From positions 1 to 64,000 of the forward strand of contig CAVVTZ010000006.1 in assembly GCA_963751275.1 (NCBI GenBank): a DNA stretch of 64,000 nucleotides, given 5' to 3'. The DNA comes from an uncultured Gemmatimonadaceae bacterium (GTDB lineage: Bacteria > Gemmatimonadota > Gemmatimonadetes > Gemmatimonadales > Gemmatimonadaceae). Shown piece by piece: positions 32,699 to 43,447 of this stretch (positions within the stretch are counted from its first letter, which is position 1; each line of letters starts with the position of its first letter). Under the pieces are notes generated by a model. That model ran no database searches and was not told the DNA's origin. It saw only the letters and a list, made by a program, of their open reading frames with translations. The position numbers and the translations under genes were made by a program.

Positions 32699-33964
32699 TA
32701 CGGCGCTCCCGGCGAGAACGCCATCCCCCACGGCAGCGACAGCGACGACGAGACGCTGCTGATCTTCACGGCCGGCGTCGGGGAGCCGGTGGCCGCCAGC
32801 TGCGACGCCGTGTAGCGGACGATCGAGGCGCCTTCGTTGGCGGCCACCCACAGCGCGCCGCTGTCGTCGAAGGCGAGTCCGATCGGAACGTTCAGCGCGG
32901 CGCCCGTGATGATGACGGCGGGCACGGGCGCGCCGATCGCGTTCAGGTCGCTCGCGTGAAATTCCACGAGGGAATCGGCGATCGACGCCACCCACAAGTT
33001 CCCGTTCGCATCGAACGCGGCGGCGAGCGGGCCGGAGAGTCCCTGCGATCCGGTGACGGCCGCGTACGGCGTCGGCTGCCCAGAGACCGCGAGCTGCGCA
33101 GGCGAGAATCCGGCCACCGAATTCCCGTGGTAGTTCACCACCCAGAGGTCGCCGAGCTGGTCGAAGGCCAGGTCGAAGGGACGGTCGATCGAGCCGAGTG
33201 CGGCCGAGATCGTGACCACCGGCGTGAACGTACCGCCGGTGGCGGCCTGCGCGGCGCTGAACTCGAAGATCTTGTGCACCGCCTGGTCCGCGATCCAGAG
33301 ATCGCCCGCGGCATCGATCGCGATCGCGGTCGGAGCTTGGATCGTCATACTGATGAGGAGTCGCGACGGCGTTGGATTGCCGGTGGACGTGACCTGCGAC
33401 GCGGCGAAGTAGCGCAGCGTGTCGCTGCCGTTCACCATCCGAGATGCCGCCCATCGCATCCACGGCGAGATCGGTGGCGTTCTTGACGGTGCTCGAGCTG
33501 ATGCCATTCCCCACGGTGATCGCCGGCGTGCGGCGAGCCGGTGGCCGCGAGCTGCGCCGAGGAGAATCCGCTGATCCGATTCGCCGTCTGAGCGGCTACC
33601 CAGAGAACGCCGGCGCTCGCCCAGGCACTGGTGTACGTCACCGTCGCCGACGCGGTGGCGCCGGACGTGACCGCCGCCGGGCTGCCCGTGACGGCGCCCG
33701 CGTAGCCGGTGCCGACGATCGGATCGGCCGTCGTGCCGGGCTGCGCATGGATCGCGTACGTGCCGGTGTCGAGTCCCGAGATCGTTTGCGACGATGTGAT
33801 CGTGCTGCGATATCCGTTGGGCCCGAGCACGGTGACGCGGCCCGTGACGCCGCCGGGCGCGGAGATCGTGATCGCGAGCGAGCCGGAAGCACCACCGCCG
33901 GGGCTGGTGCTGGAGGTGCACGCGGCGAGCGAGCGAGGATGGCTCCGAGGTAGATGGGTTTCAT
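32698..33964 (-). CDS. NHL/Vgb-like beta-propeller lipoprotein, paralog 1 (frameshifts at about 33930, 33530, 33450)
   Basis: Repeated LAFD..G.LWV units; N-terminal Ig-like segment. Confidence 0.8.
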
Positions 33965-34003
33965 AGAGGAGCGACGAACTACTCGGAGGGCGAGCAACGG
34001 CAA

Positions 34004-34092
34004 ACTTCAGACTTCAGACTCTAGACTTAGACTTGGAATACGAACGGCGTGCGTGCAGTCTAACGTCTCAGTCTAACGTCTCAGTCTGCAGT
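34004..34092. repeat. Short tandem CAGACTT / CAGTCTAACGTCT repeats in inverted arrangement
   Basis: Visible directly between the divergent genes. Confidence 0.6.
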
Positions 34093-34101
34093 ACCGACTC
34101 C

Positions 34102-35004
34102 ATGCCCGAACTCCCGGACGTCGAGCTCTATGTCGAAGCACTCAGGGCGCGAGTAATGGGCACCACGCTGACGCGGGTGCGCATCGCGAATCCCTTCGTG
34201 CTGCGCTCCGTCGATCCCCCGATCAACGACGCCGAGGGGCGCGTCGTGACCGGCGTGTCGCGGCTCGGGAAGCGGATCGTGATCGCGCTCGAGGGAGAAC
34301 GCTTCCTCATCATCCATCTCATGATCGCGGGGCGCCTGCGGTGGCGCGCGAGCGGCACGAAGGTCCCGAAGAAGCGCGGGCTCGCGGCGTTCGAATTCCC
34401 GAGCGGGATGCTGCTCTTCACCGAGGAAGGATCGCAGCGGCGCGCGGCGCTCTGGTACGTGCGCGGTACGGCCGACCTCGCGGCGCACGATCCGGGCGGG
34501 ATCGAGCCGCTCACCGCGACGCTCGCATCGTTCACCGCGGCGCTCACGCGCGAACGGCACACGCTCAAGCGCACGCTCACCGATCCGCACATCTTCGCGG
34601 GGATCGGCAATGCGTATTCCGACGAGATCCTGCACGCGGCACGATTGTCGCCGCTGCAACTCAGCACGAACCTCGATGCGAGCGAGATCGCGCGACTCTA
34701 CGCCGCGACGCAGCGTACGCTCACGGAATGGACCGACCGCCTGCGCGCGGAGCTCGCCGGCGCATTCCCCGAGAAGGTCACGGCGTTCCGCGAAGGGATG
34801 GCCGTGCACGGCCGCTACCGCCTGCCCTGCCCCGTGTGCGGTTCTCCGGTACAGCGCATCCGCTACGCCGAGAACGAGGTGAACTACTGCGCCAAGTGCC
34901 AGACCGGCGGCCGCGTGCTCGCGGACCGCGGGCTGTCGCGGCTGCTGAAAGAGGACTGGCCGAGGTCGCTCGATCAGTGGGAGGAAAGACTCGGAACGAC
35001 CTAA
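34102..35004 (+). CDS. Fpg/Nei family DNA glycosylase
   Basis: MPELPD start, GIGNAYSDEIL H2TH, CPVC..CAKC zinc finger. Confidence 0.93.
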   Translation: MPELPDVELYVEALRARVMGTTLTRVRIANPFVLRSVDPPINDAEGRVVTGVSRLGKRIVIALEGERFLIIHLMIAGRLRWRASGTKVPKKRGLAAFEFPSGMLLFTEEGSQRRAALWYVRGTADLAAHDPGGIEPLTATLASFTAALTRERHTLKRTLTDPHIFAGIGNAYSDEILHAARLSPLQLSTNLDASEIARLYAATQRTLTEWTDRLRAELAGAFPEKVTAFREGMAVHGRYRLPCPVCGSPVQRIRYAENEVNYCAKCQTGGRVLADRGLSRLLKEDWPRSLDQWEERLGTT

Positions 35005-35006
35005 CG

Positions 35007-35109
35007 GCAGACTGTCGGCTGGCGGCTGTCGCCTGACGACCTGACGCCAGACTGTCGGCTGGCGGCTGTCGCTACGAACGCAGGCGACAGCCGCCAGCCG
35101 ACAGTCTGC
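35007..35109. repeat. Family B-related element: two direct copies and one inverted copy of CAGACTGTCGGCTGGCGGCTGTCGC
   Basis: Visible directly. Confidence 0.8.
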
Positions 35110-35132
35110 ATTTGATGTTATAGTTATCCCCT

Positions 35133-35597
35133 ATGAAAACACTCATTATCGCGCTTGCCGCGCTCATGGGACTCCAGCAGTCGCCCCCGCCCAACGCCTG
35201 CGTGACCCTTCCACCCGCCGACATCGCCGCGGTCCTCGGCGCCGGGTGGGCCCAGACGCCGAGCACCATGGCGACCCACATGCCGGACCTCGAGAGTTGC
35301 TCGTACACCAAGGGCGTCGGACAGATGGTCGCGTTCTCCATCCTTCGGCCCGCGGCCGGGAACGCGAAGAAGGATGTCGCGACCCGGCAGAAGAACGTGG
35401 CGGTGAAGCACAAGGTGACCGCGCTCCCGGATGTGTGCGAGGGCGGATTCTCCTACGCGACCACGGCGACCGTCACCACGCTCGTGGCGGCGCAGGGCAA
35501 ATGGGAGGTGCAGATCAACGTGATCATCGCGAACAAGCCGGACACCGCGTCCGAGCGGGCGCTGGCCGTGGCGGCGTGTGCGAGGCTGGCGTCGTGA
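35133..35597 (+). CDS. Hypothetical secreted protein (4 Cys)
   Basis: Signal peptide; GTGA overlap with the next gene. Confidence 0.7.
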   Translation: MKTLIIALAALMGLQQSPPPNACVTLPPADIAAVLGAGWAQTPSTMATHMPDLESCSYTKGVGQMVAFSILRPAAGNAKKDVATRQKNVAVKHKVTALPDVCEGGFSYATTATVTTLVAAQGKWEVQINVIIANKPDTASERALAVAACARLAS

Positions 35598-36668
35598 ACG
35601 CGCGGGCGATCGTCTCGATCCTCGGCGTCGCTGCCTGCTCGGCGGCGCTGGGACGCGCAGGCGCCGGCGGTCGGTCACGAAGGCGACTACGTCGCCACCG
35701 ATTTCCATTTCCGGTCGGGCGAGGTGCTGCCGAAGATGACCCTGCACTACATGACGTTCGGCACGCCGCGGCACAATGCGAAGGGGATCGTCGACAATGC
35801 GGTGATGATCCTGCACGGGACCACGGGGTCCGGCAGGCAGTTCACGGGCCCGCAATTCGCGGGCGTGCTCTATGGGCCGGGGCAGCTGCTCGACACGTCG
35901 CGCTATTACGTGATCCTGCCCGACGGCATCGGCCACGGGAAGTCGAGCAAGCCCAGTGATGGGATGCACGCGAAGTTCCCGCACTATGACTATGACGACA
36001 TGGTGGCCGCGCAGCATTTGCTGCTGACCGAGGGGCTCAAGGTGGATCACTTGCGGTTGATCATGGGCACGTCGATGGGCTGCATGCACGCGTGGGTGTG
36101 GGGGGAGACGTATCCCGATTTCATGGACGCACTGATGCCGCTCGCGTGCAACGTGGTGCAGATCGCGGGACGCAACCGCGTGGTGCGCGAGATGGCGATC
36201 GAAGCGATCGTGGAGGATCCGGCGTGGAAGGGCGGCGAGTATACCGGGCCGGTGCCGGGGATGAAGACGGCGATCGACATGCTGATGATCATGGGCAGCG
36301 CGCCGCTCTATTGGCAGAAGCAGTATCCGACGCGCGCGGCGGCGGATTCGTTCTACAATGCGTACGTCGCGGCGCGGATCAACACACTGGACCCGAACGA
36401 TTTCGTGTACGCCTTCCAGGCGTCGCGGAACTACGATCCGTCGCCGAACCTGGAGAAGGTGCGCGTGCCCGTGATGCAGGTGAACTCCGCGGATGACTTC
36501 ATCAATCCGCCGGAGCTGGGATTGATGGACGTGATGATCAAGCGCGTGCCGAAGGGGAAGTTCGTCCTGCTGCCGGTGAGCGATGCCACACGCGGGCATG
36601 GGACGCACACGCTGCCGGCGATATGGAAACAGTACCTCGAGGAATTGCTTAGGGCATCGTCACGGTAA
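35594..36668 (+). CDS. Secreted alpha/beta hydrolase, homoserine acetyltransferase-like (frameshift at about 35660)
   Basis: LHGTTG, PDGIGHGKSSKPSDG, GTSMG nucleophile, GHGTH. Confidence 0.88.
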
Positions 36669-36970
36669 GTGGCTGGGCGCGAGTCGCCCGAGCGGCCACA
36701 ACTGCTTTTGACAGGATGAACATGATGGGCATGATGACTGCATGAGCGTGCAGTCATCATGACCATCACGTTCATCCCGTCAAAAGTAGCGCTGCAACTC
36801 GGGCGACCCGGGACTCACGGTAAGTGGCTGGGCGCGGGTCGCCCGAGTGGCCACAACTGCTTTTGACAGGATGAACATGATGGGCACGACGACTGCACGA
36901 GCCGTGCAGTCATCATGACCATCACGTTCATCCTGTCAAAAGCAGTTGTGCCAACTTGGGCGACCCAGGA
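36660..36970. repeat. Tandem duplication (155-bp period) of palindromic family C
   Basis: Units start TCACGGTAAGTGGCTGGGCGCG at 36660 and 36815; each contains CTTTTGACAGGATGAACATGATGG..CCATCACGTTCATCCYGTCAAAAG. Confidence 0.92.
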
Positions 36971-36973
36971 CCC

Positions 36974-38269
36974 CTATCTGACCGGCAACGTGGGTGAACC
37001 CGGCGAGAAGGCCATCCCCTGCGGCAGCGCGAGCGATCCGGCGTGCGCGGAGATCGTGACCGCCGGCGTCGGCGAGCCAGTTGATGCAAGCTGATTCGCG
37101 TTGTATTTCACGAGCGTATTCGCGAACCAGTTCGATGCCCAGAGCGCGCCGCTGTTGTCGAAGGCGAGCGCGACCGGCGCGCTGAGCGTCGCGCCGGTGA
37201 TGATCACGGCGGGCACCGGGGCGCCGATGGTGGTGAGATCGCTGGCGTTGAATTTCACGATCGTGTCGGTGAGCGTGGACACCCAGAGATTCCCCTGCGC
37301 ATCGAAGGCGAGGCCCAGGCAATCGCTCGTGCCCTTCGACCCGGCGATCGCCGCGTACGGCACCGGATCGCCGCCGGCGGCGAGCTGCGCCGCGGAGTAC
37401 CCGACAATGGTGCTGTCACCGAAGTTCGTCACCCAGAGATTGCCGTGTGCGTCGAAGGCTGCCTGCCACGGCATCGAGAGCGTGCCGAAGATCTTGTTGA
37501 CGATCACGGCGGGCGTCTGCGTGCCGCCGGCCGCGAGCTGTGCGGGCGTGAATTCGTTGAGCGTGGTGTAGTTCCGGTCGACCACCCACAGATCGCCGGC
37601 GTCATCGAACGCGAGTGCCTGCGCGGCGAGCAAGGCGGAGCTGGTGATGACCCGCGCCGGCGCCGCGTTCGTGGTGCTGGCGATCTGCGCCGCGGTGAAA
37701 TACTTGATCGTCTCGCGATCCTCGACGACCCAAATGCCGCCGACGCTGTCGACGGCCACCGCGGTGGGCTGCGGCACGGTGCTGGTGGAGCCGCCGTTGC
37801 CGACGAGTACCGCCGGAGCCGGCGCGCCGGTAGCGGCGAGGTTCGCCGAGCTGAAGCCGGCGATCACCTTGCCGGAGGGACTCGCGACCCAGAGCACGCC
37901 AGAACTGGCGCGCGGCGATGTGTAGGTGACCGTCGCCGTGGCCGTGACGCCGTTCGTGACGGACGCGGGATTCCCGGTGACGGCGCCATTGTAGGCGACG
38001 CTGACGATCGCATCATTCGTCACGCCGGGCCCCGCGCTGATCTTGTACGTGCCGACCGGCAGCGCGGTGAGGGTCTGCGTGGCGGAGATGGTCTGCGCCG
38101 AGCTATCCGGCCCCGTGATGGTCACGCTCGGCGTGACGCCGGCGGGCGCCGTGATCGTGACCGTGAGCGAACCGGTGGGACCGGCGTTGGTCGAATCGCC
38201 CGAACTGCAAGCGATGACAAGGAAAGCAGCGCCGGCAAGGCGCCCGAGCGAGCGAATCGTGTGCCGCAT
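36974..38269 (-). CDS. NHL/Vgb-like beta-propeller lipoprotein, paralog 2
   Basis: VIAC lipobox; LAFD..GNLWV repeats; clearly similar to 32698-33964. Confidence 0.85.
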   Translation of the reverse strand: MRHTIRSLGRLAGAAFLVIACSSGDSTNAGPTGSLTVTITAPAGVTPSVTITGPDSSAQTISATQTLTALPVGTYKISAGPGVTNDAIVSVAYNGAVTGNPASVTNGVTATATVTYTSPRASSGVLWVASPSGKVIAGFSSANLAATGAPAPAVLVGNGGSTSTVPQPTAVAVDSVGGIWVVEDRETIKYFTAAQIASTTNAAPARVITSSALLAAQALAFDDAGDLWVVDRNYTTLNEFTPAQLAAGGTQTPAVIVNKIFGTLSMPWQAAFDAHGNLWVTNFGDSTIVGYSAAQLAAGGDPVPYAAIAGSKGTSDCLGLAFDAQGNLWVSTLTDTIVKFNASDLTTIGAPVPAVIITGATLSAPVALAFDNSGALWASNWFANTLVKYNANQLASTGSPTPAVTISAHAGSLALPQGMAFSPGSPTLPVR

Positions 38270-38582
38270 CGTATGGCTCCTCCAGGCTACCGGAGCGACG
38301 AGCGGCGCCGAGACCGTCACCACGCAAACGACAACGACTTCCACGAATGCCGGCGAAATGCGGATCAGCGAATCGCTCCTCCTGCATATGGTGCCACGCG
38401 CCGGCGTCGGCGCTGTGTCCTTGTTGTTGACAACACAACACGACCTGACGTCAGCGCAGGGCGCCCCGTACGCCACCCTGAACGATCCGCGTGATCCGCC
38501 GCATTCCGCGTGATCCGCGTGCAAGCCGTTGTCGTTAGGCCAAGAAATGCGTGTCTGGCGTCTGGCGTCTAGTACGGCACCA

Positions 38583-39113
38583 TCAACAAATGCCGGTCGG
38601 GGCCTTTCCGGTCGCGCGCCAGGCATCGAGGAACTTGCCGCTCCAGTTCCCTTCCTCGCTGCCGTCGGGCTTCGAGATCATCCAGTCGATGATCTCCCCC
38701 TGCGGCACGGTGTACGGCTGCCGGAGCTGGTAGCCCTTCACGATGGTGATCTGGTTCCAGATGCGCCCGTACACATCGGTCTTGCCGATGCTGTCTACCG
38801 CGACGAACACCTGCTCGAACTTCCCCGTGCTGTCGTGCAGCACGGTCACGACGAACAACGATTGACCCTCGGGCAGTCCCGCCTTGAATCGCTGGGCCGC
38901 GCCGGGAAATGCCGCGCGCGCCTTGGTGACGCAGGGCGCGAGCATCTTTCCCATCGCCGAGACGCTCCCCGCCGTCGCTCCGACCGGTTCGTCCGTGGGC
39001 GCATTGTCGGCGAGCGCCGGCTCCGGCACCACCGCCGGCGCCGGCGCCGGCTTGGCGGTCGTGCACGCGGCGGCGATCGCGAGCAGCGGTACGAGCAGGA
39101 CGGACCGGTACAT
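38583..39113 (-). CDS. DUF2314 (YegJ-like) lipoprotein
   Basis: AAAC lipobox; EIIDWMISKPDGSEEGN..GKFL. Confidence 0.7.
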   Translation of the reverse strand: MYRSVLLVPLLAIAAACTTAKPAPAPAVVPEPALADNAPTDEPVGATAGSVSAMGKMLAPCVTKARAAFPGAAQRFKAGLPEGQSLFVVTVLHDSTGKFEQVFVAVDSIGKTDVYGRIWNQITIVKGYQLRQPYTVPQGEIIDWMISKPDGSEEGNWSGKFLDAWRATGKAPTGIC

Positions 39114-39189
39114 CCGATGCCTCCGTTTCGAGTGCCGAGCGCCGACCGGCGAAAGCCGAGCGGCGAGTCGGTGGGATACATTACCTCCC

Positions 39190-40390
39190 ATGCCCGACCT
39201 CTCGCCAAATGTCATGTATGTCCTGCTCATCTTCGGGATCTTCATCGTCTCGCGGTATCTCGAGCGATTCCGGATCCCGAGCGCGATCACCTGCGTGGCG
39301 ATCGGCGTGGCGCTGGGCATCGGCGCCGGCGCGTTCACCAACGCGGCCACGGTCAAGATCTTCGCCGTGCTCGGCATCGTGTCGCTCTTCCTGTTCGCCG
39401 GGATGGAGGTCGATCTCGAGGAATTGAGACGGGGACGCGCGATCCTCGCGCAACATCTCGTGATCCGCGCGGGGGTGATCGCCGGCGCGACGATGCTCAT
39501 CCAGCGCTTCCTCGGCCTCGACCTGCGCGCGGCGGTGCTCGTCGCGCTGGCGCTGCTCACGCCGTCCACGGGATTCATCCTCTCGTCGCTCGCGTCGCTC
39601 GACCTGAGCGATGCCGAGCGGTTCTGGATCAAGTCGAAGGCGATCGCGACCGAGATCGTCGCGCTCGCGGCGCTGTTCATCGCGCTGCAATCCACGTCGC
39701 CGGAAACGCTCGGACTGTCGGTCGTGGCGCTGCTGCTCATGATCCTGCTGCTGCCGGTGATCTTCAAGAATGTTCGCGCGCGCGATCCTGCCATATGCGC
39801 CGAACACCGAGTTCGCCTTCCTGGTGATCGTCGCGCTCTTGTGCGCCTCGCTCACGAAGAAGCTGGGCGTGTACTATCTGGTGGGCGCGTTCGTGGTGGG
39901 CGTCACGGAACAGCGCCTGCGGTCGGAGCTGCCGGCGCTCGCCACCGATGGGCTGATGCGCGCGGTGGAGCTGTTCGCGTCGTTCTTCATTCCGTTCTAT
40001 TTCCTGGAGGCCGGGCTCACGCTGACGCGGGAGAATTTCTCGCCGGCGGCGTTCGAGCTCGCCGGGATCTTCATCGTCTGCGCGCTCCCCGCGCAGATGG
40101 TGATCGTGGCGCTGCACCGGCGGATCGCGCTCAAGGAGCCGCTGCGCGCCGGGTTCAAGGTGGGCGCGTCGCTGCTGCCAACGCTCGTCTTCTCGATGGT
40201 GCTCGCGGGGATCCTGCGGGACCGCTTCGCGGCGACGCCGGCGTTGGTCGGTGCGATCATCATCTACGCGCTGGTCAACACGTTGCTCCCGGGGATCTTC
40301 CTGCGCACGCCGGTGCCGGACTACGATTCACCGGTGGTGCCGCGGCAGACCGTCGAGATGTCAGTGCGGGAACACGACGCAGTGCGATAG
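39190..40390 (+). CDS. Cation:proton antiporter, CPA2/KefB-like (frameshift at about 39775)
   Basis: GIVSLFLFAGMEVD, VGAFVVG, FFIPFYF; about 12 TM helices. Confidence 0.82.
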
Positions 40391-40412
40391 CCAGGGCAAC
40401 TGCCGATCCGAT

Positions 40413-43073
40413 CTACTTCTGCGCCCTCGCCTTGAGTTCCTCGAACCAATGCTCGGTGACCACGAGCAGGCCCGACTCCCCCGCCGTCGTCTCGCGCATC
40501 ATCAGGAAGTGTTTGTCGTCGGGCGATACCGAGTAGAGCGGCACCGGACCGGCGGAGACGAACGGCGTGAGCGAAAAGAGGACGTGTTGTTCGCCCACCG
40601 AGAACGTCGGCTCGGTGCTGATCGAGGCCGCCACGAGGTCGCCGTGATTGTTGCGGAAGAATAATTCCTTCCCGGTGTGGGACCAGAGCGGCGCCGTGCC
40701 GCCGGCGGTGGACACCTGCCACCGCGCCGACGACACGTTCGGGAATGGCCGCACATACGTCTCGAACACCCCCGACTCATCCGACGAGTACGCGAGCCAT
40801 TTCCCGTCGGGGGAAACAGCGGGCAATGTCTCGCGCGCCGGCGAATTCACGAGCGGCACCAGTGCAGTGTCGCCTGGATGGACGCCGTAGATGTCCCCGT
40901 TACCCGTCTCGCCGAAGACGCGCCGCGCGATCAGCCACTTGCCATCCGGCGACATGAGAACCTGGCCGAAGGCGATCTTCGGCGGCAGCAAGCGCGTCGC
41001 CGCGCCAATGCCATCCGCGCGTTTCACGGTGGGTACGCCACCGCCATCGCCCCGGTCGGCCAGGAAAAGGACGTCCGTGCCGTTGGGCATCCAGGATGGG
41101 CGCACGAACGCCGTATCGCCGAAGGTGATCCGGGAGAACGGCCCGCCATTCAACTGTTTCACCCAGATGTCCGACTTGGCACCGCGAGAAAGCTCCACGG
41201 CGATCGACTTGCCGTTCGGCGAGAGCGAGAGCGCATTGATCGTGCCCTCCATCTTCCAGGTGGAGTCCGCGCGGCTCGGGAGGCCTTCGCGCGTCACCCA
41301 GACCACCTCACGATCGGACGCCTGGCTCGCCGTCTGATACACCAGCGTGCCCGTCGATGAGATCCCCACCGCCGCCGCGTACGGACTCGGCTCGAGCCCC
41401 TCATAGAGCGCGACCGGCGGACCCGTCAGCTCCATCTTTCCCGGATCGAAGGGGATGATCAGCAGTTTTCCATCGCCGGTGATCACAACCAGATGGCCGC
41501 TTGGCGAGTAGCGCGCGTATACGCCGCGGATGAGCGGGCGCGCCTTTCCCGTCGGCAGGGGCTGCACCATGATATCGAAATCCAGCGGACTCTGTCCTTC
41601 GCGCCGAACGCGGAAGAGCAGTCCCTTCGCACCAGGCAGAACGAACGGCCATTCCGCGCCGAGGATCTTCTCGCCCGCGGGAAATACGTAGACGTGCTCC
41701 GACTTCCCGCCCGTTGCGCGGATCCGGTCGATCCCCGAATCCACTTCGAAATAGACGTAACCGTCGCTGCCCCAATCGGCGGCCGTGGCGTTCGCACTGT
41801 CGGTGAGCGAGAGCGGCGAGCCGCCCTCGAGCGGCAGGATGCGGATCGTCTTCCCGTCCTTGACGAATCCGAGCTGGCGGCCGTCGGGGGAGAAGAACGG
41901 ACTCACGGCGCCCTCCGTTCCCGCGATGGGGGTCGGGCGGATCTGATCGGCTTCCTTGATCCAGAGCCGCGTCGTCCCCTCGCCGCGGCCGGTGTAGACA
42001 ATGCGCTTTCCATCGGGCGAGATGGCGACGCGCCCGCCGAGCGCGCCGGCACTCACGGCCTCAGCGGGCCGCAGGAAGACTGCGTAGCGATTCGTGAACG
42101 GGTGCGGCGAGGGACGGAACCATCCCCAGGCCGCGAGCGCGGCGAGCAGGACGATCGCGGCGGCAGCAAAGAGCCGCGGCTTCTTCGACGCCGGCGCCGC
42201 GGCGGTCGCGAACCCGGTGCCCGACGTCATGCTCGCGGTGACGGGTTCGCTCAGCGCTTTCACGAACGCGTCGGCGGTCGGGAATCGGTCGGCGGGAAGT
42301 TTTGCGAGCGCGCGGTGCACGGCGAGCTCGACATTGAGCGGCACCGAGCGGCGTCGCGCGGTGATGCGCTCGGGCTCCTTCGTGACGACGGCCGCGATCA
42401 CCGCCTGCACCGTGGGCCCCGTGTGCGGCGGCTCGCCGACGAGCATCTCGTACAGCAGACATCCGAGCGAATAGACATCCGCGCGCGCATCGAGCGTGCG
42501 CTCGCCGGTTGCCTGCTCGGGGCTCATGTAGCCGGGCGTGCCCAGCGAGAGTCCCGTCTCGGTCATGCGATTGCCGCCGGCGTGCGTCACCGCGAGCGCG
42601 ATGCCGAAGTCGGCGACGAGCGCCTGCCCGTCCTGCAGCAGCACGTTCTCGGGCTTGATGTCGCGGTGGATCACGCCGTGGCGATGCGCGAAGTCCAGCG
42701 CGCCGCCGATCTCCTTCGCGAGGCGCACGGCGTCGTCCACCGGGAGTTGATGCTCGCGCTTGAGCCGGTCGCGGAGCGATTCGCCCTCGACGTAGGGCAT
42801 CACGTAGAAGAGGAAGCCGTCCGCCTGCCCCGAATCGAACAGCGGCAGGATGTGCGAATGCTGCAACGCCGCCGTGGTCTTGATCTCCGCGAGGAACCGG
42901 TCGGCGCCAATGACGGCGGCGAGCTCGGGGCGCAGCACCTTGAGCGCGACCTTGCGATCGTGCTTCAGGTCGTGCGCGAGATACACCGTGGCCATGCCGC
43001 CGGCGCCCAATTCGCGCTCGAGACGGTACCGGTCGGCGAGCGCGGCGATGAGACGTTCGGGTGCGTCGGGCAA
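40413..43073 (-). CDS. Ser/Thr protein kinase with TolB-like (PD40) beta-propellers
   Basis: Kinase motifs as in the first kinase; ISPDG/FSPDG/VSPDG repeats; TTG start with a GAGGT RBS. Confidence 0.94.
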   Translation of the reverse strand: MPDAPERLIAALADRYRLERELGAGGMATVYLAHDLKHDRKVALKVLRPELAAVIGADRFLAEIKTTAALQHSHILPLFDSGQADGFLFYVMPYVEGESLRDRLKREHQLPVDDAVRLAKEIGGALDFAHRHGVIHRDIKPENVLLQDGQALVADFGIALAVTHAGGNRMTETGLSLGTPGYMSPEQATGERTLDARADVYSLGCLLYEMLVGEPPHTGPTVQAVIAAVVTKEPERITARRRSVPLNVELAVHRALAKLPADRFPTADAFVKALSEPVTASMTSGTGFATAAAPASKKPRLFAAAAIVLLAALAAWGWFRPSPHPFTNRYAVFLRPAEAVSAGALGGRVAISPDGKRIVYTGRGEGTTRLWIKEADQIRPTPIAGTEGAVSPFFSPDGRQLGFVKDGKTIRILPLEGGSPLSLTDSANATAADWGSDGYVYFEVDSGIDRIRATGGKSEHVYVFPAGEKILGAEWPFVLPGAKGLLFRVRREGQSPLDFDIMVQPLPTGKARPLIRGVYARYSPSGHLVVITGDGKLLIIPFDPGKMELTGPPVALYEGLEPSPYAAAVGISSTGTLVYQTASQASDREVVWVTREGLPSRADSTWKMEGTINALSLSPNGKSIAVELSRGAKSDIWVKQLNGGPFSRITFGDTAFVRPSWMPNGTDVLFLADRGDGGGVPTVKRADGIGAATRLLPPKIAFGQVLMSPDGKWLIARRVFGETGNGDIYGVHPGDTALVPLVNSPARETLPAVSPDGKWLAYSSDESGVFETYVRPFPNVSSARWQVSTAGGTAPLWSHTGKELFFRNNHGDLVAASISTEPTFSVGEQHVLFSLTPFVSAGPVPLYSVSPDDKHFLMMRETTAGESGLLVVTEHWFEELKARAQK

Positions 43074-43167
43074 TGGACCTCGAAAGACAGATGGGCAGAC
43101 TTGGACGCTGGACAACGGCGGGGAAGTTACGAGGGGGAGAGCGAGTCCGCGAGGGCGATCAGCGTGG

Positions 43168-43353
43168 GGCGCGTGTGGGCACTAGTACCTCTGTAAGGGC
43201 GCGTCTGGTAGGCAGCGTGTGGTACTGCGCTGCGGGAGTAGCTGCGGCCACCTTCCTCCCACTCCCCAGACGCGCCCCCTCACTCCCGCCATGCCGTACC
43301 ACACGCTGCCTACCACACGCGCCCTCACAGCGGTACTAGTGCCCACACGCGCC
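43168..43353. repeat. Palindromic family D (CTAGTAC...GTACTAG), copy 1
   Basis: Arms of about 55-60 bp around an asymmetric core. Confidence 0.9.
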
Positions 43354-43447
43354 GTTACAGGGAACGAAGTGTGCCTTGCCATTGGACCGGATTCGCGTTA
43401 CTCAGGGTGAGACCGCCGCAGCAGACCACCCGCCCCGGAGGCCCCTG

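Noticed and set aside
36660..36970. CRISPR array
   Set aside because: Only two long 155-bp units, no unique spacers, no cas genes.
38480..38552. ATCCGCGTGATCCGC repeats as a regulatory site or ncRNA
   Set aside because: Short and degenerate; looks like a half-element of yet another repeat family, with too little evidence to call.
38583..39794. 403-aa version of the DUF2314 gene
   Set aside because: The extension is antisense to the antiporter; the lipoprotein signal starts at 39113.
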